Below, one piece after another: positions 17,425 to 26,535 of a DNA stretch of 64,000 bases. The notes below the pieces were generated by a model. It did no database searches and was not told the DNA's origin. It saw nothing but the letters and a program-made list of their open reading frames with translations. Source of the stretch: an uncultured Chloroflexia bacterium (GTDB lineage Bacteria > Chloroflexota > Limnocylindria > Limnocylindrales > CSP1-4); NCBI GenBank assembly GCA_963720965.1, contig CAVRHD010000002.1, positions 729,017 through 793,016 on the forward strand, given 5' to 3'. The position numbers and the translations under genes were made by a program. Position 1 is the stretch's first letter, and the number at the start of each line of letters is the position of its first letter.

Positions 17425-18867
17425 TCAGAAGTTGATCGAGCGGCCATCGACCGCGAGGGCCGCCTCGCCAACCACCTCGGACAGGGTTGGATGGGGATGG
17501 GTCGCCGCCCCGATCTCCCACGGCGTCGCTTCGAGTGAGATCGCGAGGGACGCCTCGGCGATCAGGTCCGTGGCATGTGGTCCGACGATGTGGACGCCGA
17601 GCGTGTCCCCGGTTTCGGTGTTGCCGATGACCTTGGCAAAGCCTTCGTATTCACCGCCGATGAGCGCCTTGCCGATCGCCTGGAACGGCACCTTGCCCAC
17701 CTTGTACGGCAGCCCCCGTTCCTGGCATTGGGCTTCGGTCAGGCCGACCGATGCGATCTCGGGCCGGCAATAGGTCGCCCGGGGCTGCTCGGCGTAGTCG
17801 ATCTCGTGGACATCCTGTTCGCCGGCGATGGTGTGGGCGGCGACGATCCCCTCGTGGGCCGCAGTGTGGGCGAGCCACAGTCCGCCAACGACGTCGCCGA
17901 TCGCATAGACGTGCGGCTCGCGGGTCCGCATCCGCCCATTGACCTTGATGATCCCGCGCTCGACCTCGACCTTGGTCGTCTCCAGGCCGATGTCCTCGAC
18001 GTTCGCGGCACGACCGGTCGCGACCAGCATCAGGTCGGCCTCGATCGGCTCGGCCGGCTGGCCGTCCGGACCGACGACCAGGCTGACCTTGCCCTTGCCC
18101 GTCTTGACCGCCGCCACGTCGAAGCGGGCATTCGTGATCACCCGGATTCCACGCTTGGTGAAGCTCCGTTCGAGCAGCTTGCTCACCTCACCATCCTCGA
18201 GCGGCACGATCCCGGGCAGGTACTCGAGGAGCGTGACGGCCGTCCCGATGTCGTGATAGAAGCTGGCGAACTCGACCCCGACCGCTCCCCCGCCGACGAT
18301 CACGATGCGCTCGGGCTTGCTATCGAGGCGCAGGATCTCGTCGCTGGTCACGATGGTGGTGCCATCGGGCACCAGGCCGGGCAGGCTCTTGACCCGGCTG
18401 CCGGTGGCGATGATCACGTCGGTCGCCTGGAGCACGCGCTCACCGCCGGTCCCCGGCGTGCCGTCCTCCCCGGGCTGGCGGACGTTGATCCGGTTAGCCC
18501 CATCAAGCCGGCCACGGCCGGGGATCCAGGCCACCTTGTTCTTGTCGACCAGCGTCTTCAGGCCGGTCCACAAGCGCTTGACGACCGCATCACGCCGGGC
18601 GGCCATGGTCGCGTAGTCGACGCCCGGCTCGCCGGCCAGCACGACCCCATAGTCCTTGAGGTGCCGGGCGCGGTTCATCATCTCGGCCAATTCGAGGAGC
18701 GCCTTGGTCGGGATGCAGCCCCGATGGAGGCACGTCCCACCGATCTTGCCCTCATCGACGAGGGCGACCTTCAGGCCCAGCTGGGCAGCCCGAAATGCCG
18801 CGCTATAGCCACCGGTGCCGGCCCCGAGGACGACGAGGTCGAAGTCGTTACTGGAGCCGACGGCCAT
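17425..18867 (-). CDS. lpdA: dihydrolipoyl dehydrogenase (E3)
   Basis: FAD motif VVLGAGTGGY, redox-active GGTCLHRGCIPTK, and C-terminal HPHPTLSE. The start may be 18867 (ATG) or 18891 (GTG). Confidence 0.92.
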   Translation of the reverse strand: MAVGSSNDFDLVVLGAGTGGYSAAFRAAQLGLKVALVDEGKIGGTCLHRGCIPTKALLELAEMMNRARHLKDYGVVLAGEPGVDYATMAARRDAVVKRLWTGLKTLVDKNKVAWIPGRGRLDGANRINVRQPGEDGTPGTGGERVLQATDVIIATGSRVKSLPGLVPDGTTIVTSDEILRLDSKPERIVIVGGGAVGVEFASFYHDIGTAVTLLEYLPGIVPLEDGEVSKLLERSFTKRGIRVITNARFDVAAVKTGKGKVSLVVGPDGQPAEPIEADLMLVATGRAANVEDIGLETTKVEVERGIIKVNGRMRTREPHVYAIGDVVGGLWLAHTAAHEGIVAAHTIAGEQDVHEIDYAEQPRATYCRPEIASVGLTEAQCQERGLPYKVGKVPFQAIGKALIGGEYEGFAKVIGNTETGDTLGVHIVGPHATDLIAEASLAISLEATPWEIGAATHPHPTLSEVVGEAALAVDGRSINF

Positions 18868-18957
18868 CGGGTGGGGCAACCTCTCGAGCACGGGTGGGGA
18901 TCGGCTCGATGGTACGCGCCCCCTCCCGACCGGCGCAACCGATGGCGATTCCGGGGG

Positions 18958-19350
18958 TCAGGCGCCCCGCATCGTCCGGAAGCAGTCGCTGCAGTAGACC
19001 GGCTTGCCGCTGGTCGGCCGGAACGGCACCTGGGCGTCCTTGCCGCAGTTGCTGCAGGTCGCGGTGAACATCTCGCGCGGTCCCCGATCGCGCGACCCGC
19101 TGTACCCGCCGGCGCTGTACGAGCCGCCTGCGCCGTAGCCGCCATAGCTCGATGACGATCCGCCGTCGGAATAGCCGCCGCCCCCGCCACCACCGTCGGC
19201 GGCATTTCGAGCAGCCTTCCGACTGGCCCGGCAGCTGCTGCAGCGGCGCGGCTCGGTGAAGTTTCGCTGGGCATAGAAATCCTGCTCGCTGGCAGTAAAG
19301 ACGAACTCCTGCCCACAGTCGGCGCAGGTCAGGTTCTTGTCGCTGTACAC
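18958..19350 (-). CDS. double zinc-ribbon (CxxC...CxxC) protein with Gly/Ser/Tyr-rich linker
   Basis: CADCG...CSSC and CSNCG...CSDC ribbons flank GGGGGGGYSDGGSSSSYGGYGAGGSYSAGGYSGS. The GTG at 19350 is preceded by AGGAG. Confidence 0.7.
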   Translation of the reverse strand: MYSDKNLTCADCGQEFVFTASEQDFYAQRNFTEPRRCSSCRASRKAARNAADGGGGGGGYSDGGSSSSYGGYGAGGSYSAGGYSGSRDRGPREMFTATCSNCGKDAQVPFRPTSGKPVYCSDCFRTMRGA

Positions 19351-19545
19351 GAACACTCCTCTGTGCAGCCGCACGAGCCGTTGTCCTTGGGCCAGCCTCG
19401 AGGAGTGCGGTTCTAGCGTGCTACCGGCTCTGGTCGCGACCCCACGTCGCGGCCCTTTGATGCGCGGGAGTCTAGGCCCCGATCGTGCGCGTGTATAGGG
19501 GCAATCTCTGGCACGATCCCCTGCTCGTGCCGAGCGTGGGCCAGG

Positions 19546-19746
19546 CTAGCGGGCAGGCGGCCGCCGGAGCAGGCTGGCCAGCACCAGAATCGTGCCAATC
19601 ACGATCACCACGATGAACAGCGGCGACTGGAACACGAACCACTGCGCGCCGCTCGGCAGAATGCTCGTGATCAGGGACAGCCCGAGCACGGCAACGACGA
19701 TCACGCCGCCCACGGTCAGCACCTCGCGCCAGCCGAATGTCCGCAC
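19546..19746 (-). CDS. small membrane protein (hypothetical)
   Basis: Two hydrophobic helices (VGGVIVVAVLGLSLITSIL; LFIVVIVIGTILVLASLL). The start is uncertain. Confidence 0.4.
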   Translation of the reverse strand: MRTFGWREVLTVGGVIVVAVLGLSLITSILPSGAQWFVFQSPLFIVVIVIGTILVLASLLRRPPAR

Positions 19747-19756
19747 GGCAGCTGGA

Positions 19757-20578
19757 TCAGGCACGGTCGGCCTCCAATGGGATCCCGATCGGGGCAACCA
19801 GGACCTTCCCGGCCAGGGCCGCCCCGCGACGGGTCAGGAGGCCGCTCTTGGGGCGATGGAAGGTCACGGTCAGGTCGGCCCGGACGGCGGGCGTCGATGC
19901 CTCCCCGCTGGTCAAGTCGACGGCTGTAGGCGTATCGACCGCCACCACCGGTACGCCGCTCTCGGCGGCCCGTCGAATCAGCTCGACCGCCGTCCGAATC
20001 GGATCGCGCAGTTCACCCCGGACGCCGCTGCCGAGGAGGGCATCGACGATCACGCTGGCCTTCTCGATCCCCTGGCCGAGGATGGCCAGGTCGCGCGGGT
20101 AGGGGGCATGGATCCGGGTCACGGTCGGTTCGTTGGCGAGGCGGTCCCAGTTGATCGTGGCATTGCGCGTACCCGGCTTCGGCTCGGCTGCCACGAAGAC
20201 CACGATCACGTCGAGACCGAGGTGGGCAAGGTGGCGGGCAGCAACAAAGCCATCGCCGCCATTGTTGCCGGGACCGCAGGCAACCAGGATCGGGCCGCGG
20301 CCCAGGCGACCCTGGTCCAGGGCAACGGCCCGGACCGCCGCGGCGACGGCCACGCCAGCGTGCTCCATCAGCCGCGTGCCGGGCACCCCCAGCGCCTGGG
20401 CGCGCTTGTCGGCGCCGGTCATTGCCTCGCCGGCCATGGGCGGCAGGTCCTTGGCCGCCGCCCAGCGCCGGACCAGGTCGCGCAGGCCGAGGGTCAGCAG
20501 CGTCGGATCCTCGGCTGGGAGAGTGATCCCGGTGCGTGGATCGACTGTGATGCGGGTCGCCGGCAAGGTTGCGGACAC
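19757..20578 (-). CDS. nnrE: NAD(P)H-hydrate epimerase (YjeF N-terminal domain)
   Basis: VACGPGNNGGDG motif and DALLGSG. Confidence 0.8.
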   Translation of the reverse strand: MSATLPATRITVDPRTGITLPAEDPTLLTLGLRDLVRRWAAAKDLPPMAGEAMTGADKRAQALGVPGTRLMEHAGVAVAAAVRAVALDQGRLGRGPILVACGPGNNGGDGFVAARHLAHLGLDVIVVFVAAEPKPGTRNATINWDRLANEPTVTRIHAPYPRDLAILGQGIEKASVIVDALLGSGVRGELRDPIRTAVELIRRAAESGVPVVAVDTPTAVDLTSGEASTPAVRADLTVTFHRPKSGLLTRRGAALAGKVLVAPIGIPLEADRA

Positions 20579-20595
20579 ACCCCAAGCGTAGCCGT

Positions 20596-21534
20596 TCAGG
20601 CCGTCGGCAGGCGCGCCCGTGGCCTGCCCGGGACAGATCGGTCGAGCTCCACCAGGCGATCGCGCTCCATGGCCTCGAGGGCGACCTGGATCGCACCGTC
20701 GTCGTGGCCGCCGATCCTGGCCGGGATCGTCGTCCAGGCCTCGCCGGGTGATTCACGCAACCGGTCGAGGAGCCGGCCGCGCAGCCAGCGGCTTGTCGCC
20801 TGGAATTCGGGCTCGGCCGTGGCCTTCCGACGCGAGGCAGCCGGCGCCGTGCTGCGCGGGGGGCCGTCCGCGGCAAACTGGCACATCACACGGACGGGAC
20901 ACTCGGCACAGACCGGCCGCACCGGGCGGCACAGGATCGAGCCGATGTCCATCAGCGCGTGGGTCCAGTCATCCGGCCGGACCGGATCGACCAGCCGGTC
21001 TGCGACGGCCTGCAGGTCGCGCGGCGGGAGTGCCGCCGGATCGCCCGCCACGACCCGGCCCAGAACACGCCGGACATTCGTGTCGACGGCCCCGGTCGGG
21101 ATCCGGAACGCGATCGAGGCCACGGCCCGCGCGGTGTAGGGCCCGACGCCGGGCAGCCGCTCGAGGCCCGCAACGTCGTTCGGAAATGCTCCGCCGAGCT
21201 CGTCCACGATGATCCGGGCGGCGCGCTGCAGGTTGATCGCTCGGCGGTTGTAACCCAGCCCCCGCCAGGCCCTGAGCACGTCGGCCGGGCTGGCGGCGGC
21301 GAGGGCCGCAACGGTCGGGAACTGGGCCGTGAACGTGACCCAGGCCGGGCCACCGCGCGAAATCTGGGTCTGCTGCATGAGGACCTCGGACACGAGGACC
21401 AGGTAGGGGTCGGTCGTGCCGCGGAACGGGAAGGCCCGCCCCCGGGCATCGAACCAGGCCAGGACCGCCTGCCGGAACCCGGGCAGGTCGAGCCCGGCCA
21501 GTCGGTCGCTCGCGGGAGCTTCGCCGGCGGTCAT
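20596..21534 (-). CDS. mutY: A/G-specific adenine DNA glycosylase
   Basis: VSEVLMQQTQ, HhH LPGVGPYTARAV, and the 4Fe-4S loop CRPVRPVCAECPVRVMC. Confidence 0.88.
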   Translation of the reverse strand: MTAGEAPASDRLAGLDLPGFRQAVLAWFDARGRAFPFRGTTDPYLVLVSEVLMQQTQISRGGPAWVTFTAQFPTVAALAAASPADVLRAWRGLGYNRRAINLQRAARIIVDELGGAFPNDVAGLERLPGVGPYTARAVASIAFRIPTGAVDTNVRRVLGRVVAGDPAALPPRDLQAVADRLVDPVRPDDWTHALMDIGSILCRPVRPVCAECPVRVMCQFAADGPPRSTAPAASRRKATAEPEFQATSRWLRGRLLDRLRESPGEAWTTIPARIGGHDDGAIQVALEAMERDRLVELDRSVPGRPRARLPTA

Positions 21535-21598
21535 CGGGCCAGTGTCACGGATCTAACGGCGCGACGGCCCCCAGATCTGCCGCTTCGCACGAATTCGT

Positions 21599-21773
21599 CC
21601 GGATTACCAATGGGCGAGGTAGTAAGGAGGATTCGGCAGCGAATCGACCGCGGATCCGGCGGCTGCGGGCCTCTCGGCCACGGAACCCACGCTCACGACC
21701 CGGCCCGGGATTGAGCCGTCTCGCCGAATCGGCCCTGGCTCCTTCCTTACCACTCCCCGGGTTGGTAATCCGG
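21599..21773. repeat. 175-bp element bounded by perfect 12-bp inverted repeats (MITE-like or structured RNA)
   Basis: CCGGATTACCAA (21599-21610) is the reverse complement of TTGGTAATCCGG (21762-21773). Further complementary blocks: 21619-21630/21741-21750 and 21631-21637/21723-21729. Confidence 0.5.
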
Positions 21774-21781
21774 AACCTGGG

Positions 21782-21831
21782 GCCGGAAGCTGCCGGAAGC
21801 TGCCGGAAGCCGGCCGGAAGCTGCCGGAAGC
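21782..21831. repeat. tandem decamer repeat (GCCGGAAGCT)x5, one unit variant
   Basis: Read directly: gccggaagct gccggaagct gccggaagcc(g) gccggaagct gccggaagcg. Intergenic, just downstream of the aldehyde dehydrogenase stop. Confidence 0.85.
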
Positions 21832-21867
21832 GGGCGAGGCGCGAGCCCGGCGCCGCGGAAGCACCGG

Positions 21868-23313
21868 CTAGAGCTTGACCATGACGTGCTTGACGACCGT
21901 GTAGTCCTCGATCGCGTACATCGACTGGTCCTTGCCGTAGCCGGACTCCTTGAAGCCGCCATGGGGCATCTCGGACACGAGCATGAAGTGGTCGTTGACC
22001 CAGACCGTCCCGAACTGGATCGCCTTGGCCACCCGGAGCGCCTTGCCGATGTCGCTCGACCAGACCGATGCCGCCAGGCCGAATCGAACGTCGTTGGCCC
22101 AGGCGATCGCCTGGTCCTCGTCGCTGAACCGCTGGACCGTCACGACCGGGCCGAAGACCTCGTCCTGGACGATCTCGCTGCGCTGGTCGGGCCCGGCGAT
22201 CACGGTCGGCTCGTAGTAGGCGCCGGCCCGGCTCGGCCGATGGCCGCCGGCCACCACCTCCGCCCCGGAGCGGGCTCGATCGACCATGCCCTCGACCTTG
22301 TCGGCCTGGGCGCCGGCGATGAGCGAGCCCATCTCGATGTGCTCGCCCTCGGCCGGATCGCCCCACTTGATCGTCTTGACCTCGTCGGCCAGCTTGGCCA
22401 CGAACTTGTCGTAGACCTTCGGACCGACGATGACCCGGCAGGCAGCCGTGCAGTCCTGGCCCGAGTTCCAGTAGCCGAAGAGCTTGATCGTCTCGGTGAC
22501 CGCGTCGAGATCGGCATCGTCGAACACGACGACCGGAGCCTTGCCGCCCAGCTCGAGGTGCAGCCGCTTGACCCGCTCGGCGGCCGTCCGTGCGATCTGC
22601 TTGCCGGTGTCGGTGTCGCCGGTGACCGAGATCATCCCGACACCGGGATGAGCGACCAGCGCGTCGCCGATCGCGGCGCCGGTGCCGGTGATCACGTTGA
22701 GCACCCCGGGCGGCAGGATGCCGGCGGCAATCTCGGCCAGGATCACAGCGGTCAACGGCGTGCGGGCAGAGGGCTTGAGGACGACGGTGTTGCCCGCCGC
22801 CAGGGCCGGCCCGATCTTCCAGCCGGCCATCATCAACGGGTAGTTCCAGGGCGCGATCGAAGCCACGACCCCGACCGGCTCGCGCCGGATCATCGAGGTG
22901 TGCCCGGCCATGTATTCGTTGGCCGCCTTGCCCTCCATCACCCGGGCCGCGCCGGCGAAGAACCGCAGGTTGTCGACGACCACCGGAATCTCGTCGATCG
23001 CGAGCCCGACCGGCTTGCCCGCATTGCGGCTCTCGAGGCGGCCGAGCTCGTCCGCGCGGGCCTCGATCGCGTCGGCCAGCTTGAGCAGGGCCGTGCTGCG
23101 CTCAGCCGGGGTCGTGTGCTGCCACGTCTGGAATGCCTTCTCGGCTGCCTTCACGGCGCGATCCACGTCTTTAGGGCTCGACGCCTGGACGTGGGCGATC
23201 ACCTCGCCGTTGGCCGGGTTCTCGACGGCCAGGGTCTGGCCGTCGGCACTGTCCACCCATTCGCCGCCGATGAACTGCTGGTACGTGGTGGTCTTCTCGA
23301 GGAGCTCGGTCAC
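21868..23313 (-). CDS. NAD(P)-dependent aldehyde dehydrogenase
   Basis: ELGGKAP, the catalytic Cys in NSGQDCTAACR, and PWNYPL. Confidence 0.9.
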   Translation of the reverse strand: MTELLEKTTTYQQFIGGEWVDSADGQTLAVENPANGEVIAHVQASSPKDVDRAVKAAEKAFQTWQHTTPAERSTALLKLADAIEARADELGRLESRNAGKPVGLAIDEIPVVVDNLRFFAGAARVMEGKAANEYMAGHTSMIRREPVGVVASIAPWNYPLMMAGWKIGPALAAGNTVVLKPSARTPLTAVILAEIAAGILPPGVLNVITGTGAAIGDALVAHPGVGMISVTGDTDTGKQIARTAAERVKRLHLELGGKAPVVVFDDADLDAVTETIKLFGYWNSGQDCTAACRVIVGPKVYDKFVAKLADEVKTIKWGDPAEGEHIEMGSLIAGAQADKVEGMVDRARSGAEVVAGGHRPSRAGAYYEPTVIAGPDQRSEIVQDEVFGPVVTVQRFSDEDQAIAWANDVRFGLAASVWSSDIGKALRVAKAIQFGTVWVNDHFMLVSEMPHGGFKESGYGKDQSMYAIEDYTVVKHVMVKL

Positions 23314-23449
23314 GTCGCGGAACCTCCGGCCATCTCAGGTTGGACGCACTCAGGCGCGCGCTTGGCGCGTGATTCAGGCGTGTCGGCATTGTGCGCCGGG
23401 AGGGGAAGCACGTCCCACTCCGCGCGCCGCCGTCGCGGACTGCCCATGC

Positions 23450-24775
23450 TCAGGCGTAAACGGGAGCGCCGGTCCGGGCCAGCCGCTCGATCAGGTCGGC
23501 GGCTCGAATCGTGCCGGGATCCGCCTGGAGTCGGGCCGAGAGCCGGGCCAGTCGCCGGCGCAGCGGCTCGTCGGCAAGGAGTCCGTCGATCGCCCCGATG
23601 AGGGCCGCAGCGTCGGCTTCGTAGGGCGGCAGACGCGCGCCGAATCCGGTCTCGGCCAGCCGCTGGGCATTGTCGACCTGATCCCAGAAGAGCGGCAGGA
23701 CCACCATCGGCTTGCCGTGATGGAGTGCCTCGGTGACGGTGTTGTTCCCGCCGTGGGTGATCACAAGGTCAACCTGCGGGATGATCGCCGGCTGGGGCAG
23801 GAAGGCCGCCCCGGCCATGTTGTCCGGCAACACGAGCTGATCGGCCAGGGGGCCCTTGCTGACGACGACCCGATGGCGCGTCTCCCCGAGCACGTCGACC
23901 AGGCGCTGCATCAGGGCCACGTCGGCCGATCCCAGGCTGCCCAGCGAGAGATACAGCAACGCTCCGTCGTGCCCGCCCGAACCTCGATCCAGCGCGGCCG
24001 GCGGGAACCACGCTTCGGTTGTCGCCCGGACGCAGGACTCCAGGCGATGCCAGGTCGGCCCGAGTGGAACGGCCCGCCGGTAGTCGGCATCGGCCGGGTA
24101 CAGCACGAGGTTGAGGAAGGCCGACTCGTGGATGAACTCCGGTCCCAGCGGCCCATAGCCGAGACGCGGCGCACCGGACTCGCGCATGAACGCATCGAAG
24201 CCTGACCACATCTCGTCGTGGGTTCGCCGGACCTCCTCGAGGAAGGCCGGCCATTGGCCTCGATCCGCCGTTGAGTAGCCGCTCGAAAACGGCGGAATCG
24301 CCTCGTCCTTGACCTCGGCCGGGTTGCAGCTGACGATCCGCGCCCAGGGCCGGCCGCCGTTCACGACCGCGGCGAAGCCGACCACGTTGTCCTCGACGAT
24401 CGCATCCGGATGGAGCTCATCGAAGATCGCCTGCAGGCGTGGCTCGACGTACCTCGCTCCGTCGCACAGCGCCTGCCAGGTTGGCGCGATGAACCCTTCC
24501 AGCTGCTCGATCGTCGGCTTGCGGAAGACTGGCGACGTGTCGCGGATGAAGTCGATCCAGAACTGGCCGGGGACTTCGGCGGCCTCCGGTGGCGGCCCGA
24601 GTCGCATCAGCCGTTCCTCGAAGCCCTGCGCCTCGAGGCGACCGGCGAATGACTCCTCGACGATGAACACGACCCGATGTCCGCGGTCCCGCAGCACGTT
24701 GCCGATCCCGACGCAATTGTTGGTCGGACCGAACGCTCCCTCGGGAAAGAACACGACCGTGCGCGCGTCGCTCAT
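23450..24775 (-). CDS. GT1-family (UDP-glycosyltransferase/MGT-like) glycosyltransferase
   Basis: N-terminal FFPEGAFGPTNNCVGIG, and the C-terminal donor-binding region ITHGGNNTVTEALHHGKPMVVLPLFWDQ. Confidence 0.8.
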   Translation of the reverse strand: MSDARTVVFFPEGAFGPTNNCVGIGNVLRDRGHRVVFIVEESFAGRLEAQGFEERLMRLGPPPEAAEVPGQFWIDFIRDTSPVFRKPTIEQLEGFIAPTWQALCDGARYVEPRLQAIFDELHPDAIVEDNVVGFAAVVNGGRPWARIVSCNPAEVKDEAIPPFSSGYSTADRGQWPAFLEEVRRTHDEMWSGFDAFMRESGAPRLGYGPLGPEFIHESAFLNLVLYPADADYRRAVPLGPTWHRLESCVRATTEAWFPPAALDRGSGGHDGALLYLSLGSLGSADVALMQRLVDVLGETRHRVVVSKGPLADQLVLPDNMAGAAFLPQPAIIPQVDLVITHGGNNTVTEALHHGKPMVVLPLFWDQVDNAQRLAETGFGARLPPYEADAAALIGAIDGLLADEPLRRRLARLSARLQADPGTIRAADLIERLARTGAPVYA

Positions 24776-24837
24776 CGCGCTCTAGGATGCCATCCGGCAG
24801 GCCCGTCCGGAGGGCACGGCCGGAGGAGGTGGATCGG

Positions 24838-25701
24838 ATGAGCGCCGGCGAGCGTCACTGGCTCGAGGTGGGCGAGCGGGTCTTCGCCCGCCGCTACCGC
24901 TTCATGCACCAGCAGATCGGGGCGATCCTGACCGACGATGGCCCGGTCGTCATCGACACCCGCAGCACCGTCGCCCACGCTCACGAAGTGCTGACCGAGC
25001 TGGGCGAGATCACCGACCGGCCGGTCGCCGCGGTGATCGACACCCACCATCACTTCGATCACAGCTTCGGCAACCACGCGTTCCGGCCCGCGCCAATCTG
25101 GGCTCACGTTCGCTGCATCGAGCGGATCCGCCGGAATCTCGAGGATCCGGCGGCCCACGCCCTGAACCTCGCCGGGATCGCCGCGGAGTATCCATCGATC
25201 GCCGACGAAATTGCCGGGGTGACTCTCGACCCGCCGGATCGCCCGGTCGGCGACGAAGGCGTCGACCTCGAGATCGGCGGTCGGCCCATCGAGCTGCGCT
25301 GGCTGGGACGGGGCCACACCGACAATGACCTGGTCATCCGCGTCCCCGACGCCTCGGTCATCTTCGCCGGCGACCTCCTCGAGAACGGTGCTCCGCCGTG
25401 GCTTGGCGACGGCTTCCCGATCGACTGGACCGGCACGATCGAGGGCATCCTGGGCCTGCTTCCGCCGGCGCCCGGGCCTGGGTCGGCTGTGGCCGTGGTT
25501 CCGGGCCATGGCGACGTCGGCGACCGAGCCTTCGTCGAGCGGTCGATGGCCGAGATGACCGCGATCGCCGACCTGGCCCGGCAGGTCGAAGCCCAGGCCA
25601 TCGGCCTGCCCGAGGCGATCGCCGCCGCACCGTATCCGGCCGAAGCGGCCGCCGAAGGGATCGAACGGGCCCTGGCCCAGCTGCGTGGGACCCTCGGCTG
25701 A
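24838..25701 (+). CDS. MBL-fold metallo-hydrolase
   Basis: VIDTHHHFDH motif. The ATG at 24838 is preceded by GGAGGAGG; the track start at 24787 lies only 11 nt from the divergent gene. Confidence 0.8.
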   Translation: MSAGERHWLEVGERVFARRYRFMHQQIGAILTDDGPVVIDTRSTVAHAHEVLTELGEITDRPVAAVIDTHHHFDHSFGNHAFRPAPIWAHVRCIERIRRNLEDPAAHALNLAGIAAEYPSIADEIAGVTLDPPDRPVGDEGVDLEIGGRPIELRWLGRGHTDNDLVIRVPDASVIFAGDLLENGAPPWLGDGFPIDWTGTIEGILGLLPPAPGPGSAVAVVPGHGDVGDRAFVERSMAEMTAIADLARQVEAQAIGLPEAIAAAPYPAEAAAEGIERALAQLRGTLG

Positions 25702-25707
25702 CGACGC

Positions 25708-26535
25708 TCAGGCCGGCGCGGGCGGGGGCAGGTGACCCAGGATCCAGGTCGCGACGTCGCGCACGACCCGGGGACCTTCTGGCTCGTTGAACGATTCGTG
25801 AGCCAGGCCGTCGATGACCCGTCGATCGACTCCCGGCCGGCCCAGGAAGACCTCCGAGGAAGCGGTCGGGACGAGATGGTCGCTGCCGCCGTGGATCACC
25901 AGGGTCGGGACACGGATCCGATCGAGCTCGGCCTTGGCCGGCCGCTGTGCGGCCAACACGGCGGCCCCCAGCCGGGCGGTCGTCGAGTGGACGTTCAATG
26001 GATCGGCCAGGTAGTCGGCTCCGACGGCGGGATCGCGGGACAGGATCGAGCCGTCGAAGTCGTTGCTGACCGCCATCCGCGGGGCCAGCCGGCCAATCAC
26101 GGGCGCAAGGGCCTTCTTCCAACCAGGGATGTTGCCATCCAGCGCGGGCGCGCTCAGGACCAGCAGGTCCGGCTGGGGCCGATCCGACTCGGCGTAGCGA
26201 CAGGACACCAGGCCGCCCATCGAGTGACCCAACAGGACGAGCGGCCGGCCCATCGCCCGTAGCGTCGCGATCTCCTCGGCGATGTCATCAAGCCACACGT
26301 CGAGCCGTTCGACGAACGCCCGCGGCCCGCCCGACGCGCCGAACCCGCGCAGGTCGAGCGCCCAGCAGTCCAGGTCGTGGCCGGCGAGGATCCCCGCCGT
26401 CCGGCTGTAGCGCCCGCCGTGCTCCCCGAGGCCGTGGATGATCAACACTCGAGCCGCCGGCTCACCGGTTGGTGCCCAGCGGCGCAGCGCCAGGGTCTCC
26501 CCGTCACGGGCCGTGATCCTGGAAGACACGCTCAC
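25708..26535 (-). CDS. alpha/beta hydrolase (lysophospholipase/monoglyceride-lipase-like)
   Basis: IIHGLGEHGGRY and the nucleophile elbow LLGHSMGG. The GTG start forms a GTGA overlap with the upstream gene's stop. Confidence 0.8.
   Translation of the reverse strand: MSVSSRITARDGETLALRRWAPTGEPAARVLIIHGLGEHGGRYSRTAGILAGHDLDCWALDLRGFGASGGPRAFVERLDVWLDDIAEEIATLRAMGRPLVLLGHSMGGLVSCRYAESDRPQPDLLVLSAPALDGNIPGWKKALAPVIGRLAPRMAVSNDFDGSILSRDPAVGADYLADPLNVHSTTARLGAAVLAAQRPAKAELDRIRVPTLVIHGGSDHLVPTASSEVFLGRPGVDRRVIDGLAHESFNEPEGPRVVRDVATWILGHLPPPAPA

Noticed and set aside
21640-21720. Possible tRNA-like gene inside the inverted-repeat element (minus strand contains GTGGCCGAGAGGC, resembling a class II tRNA D-arm).
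   Set aside because: No acceptor stem, anticodon arm or GGTTCGAATCC-type T-arm could be built around it.
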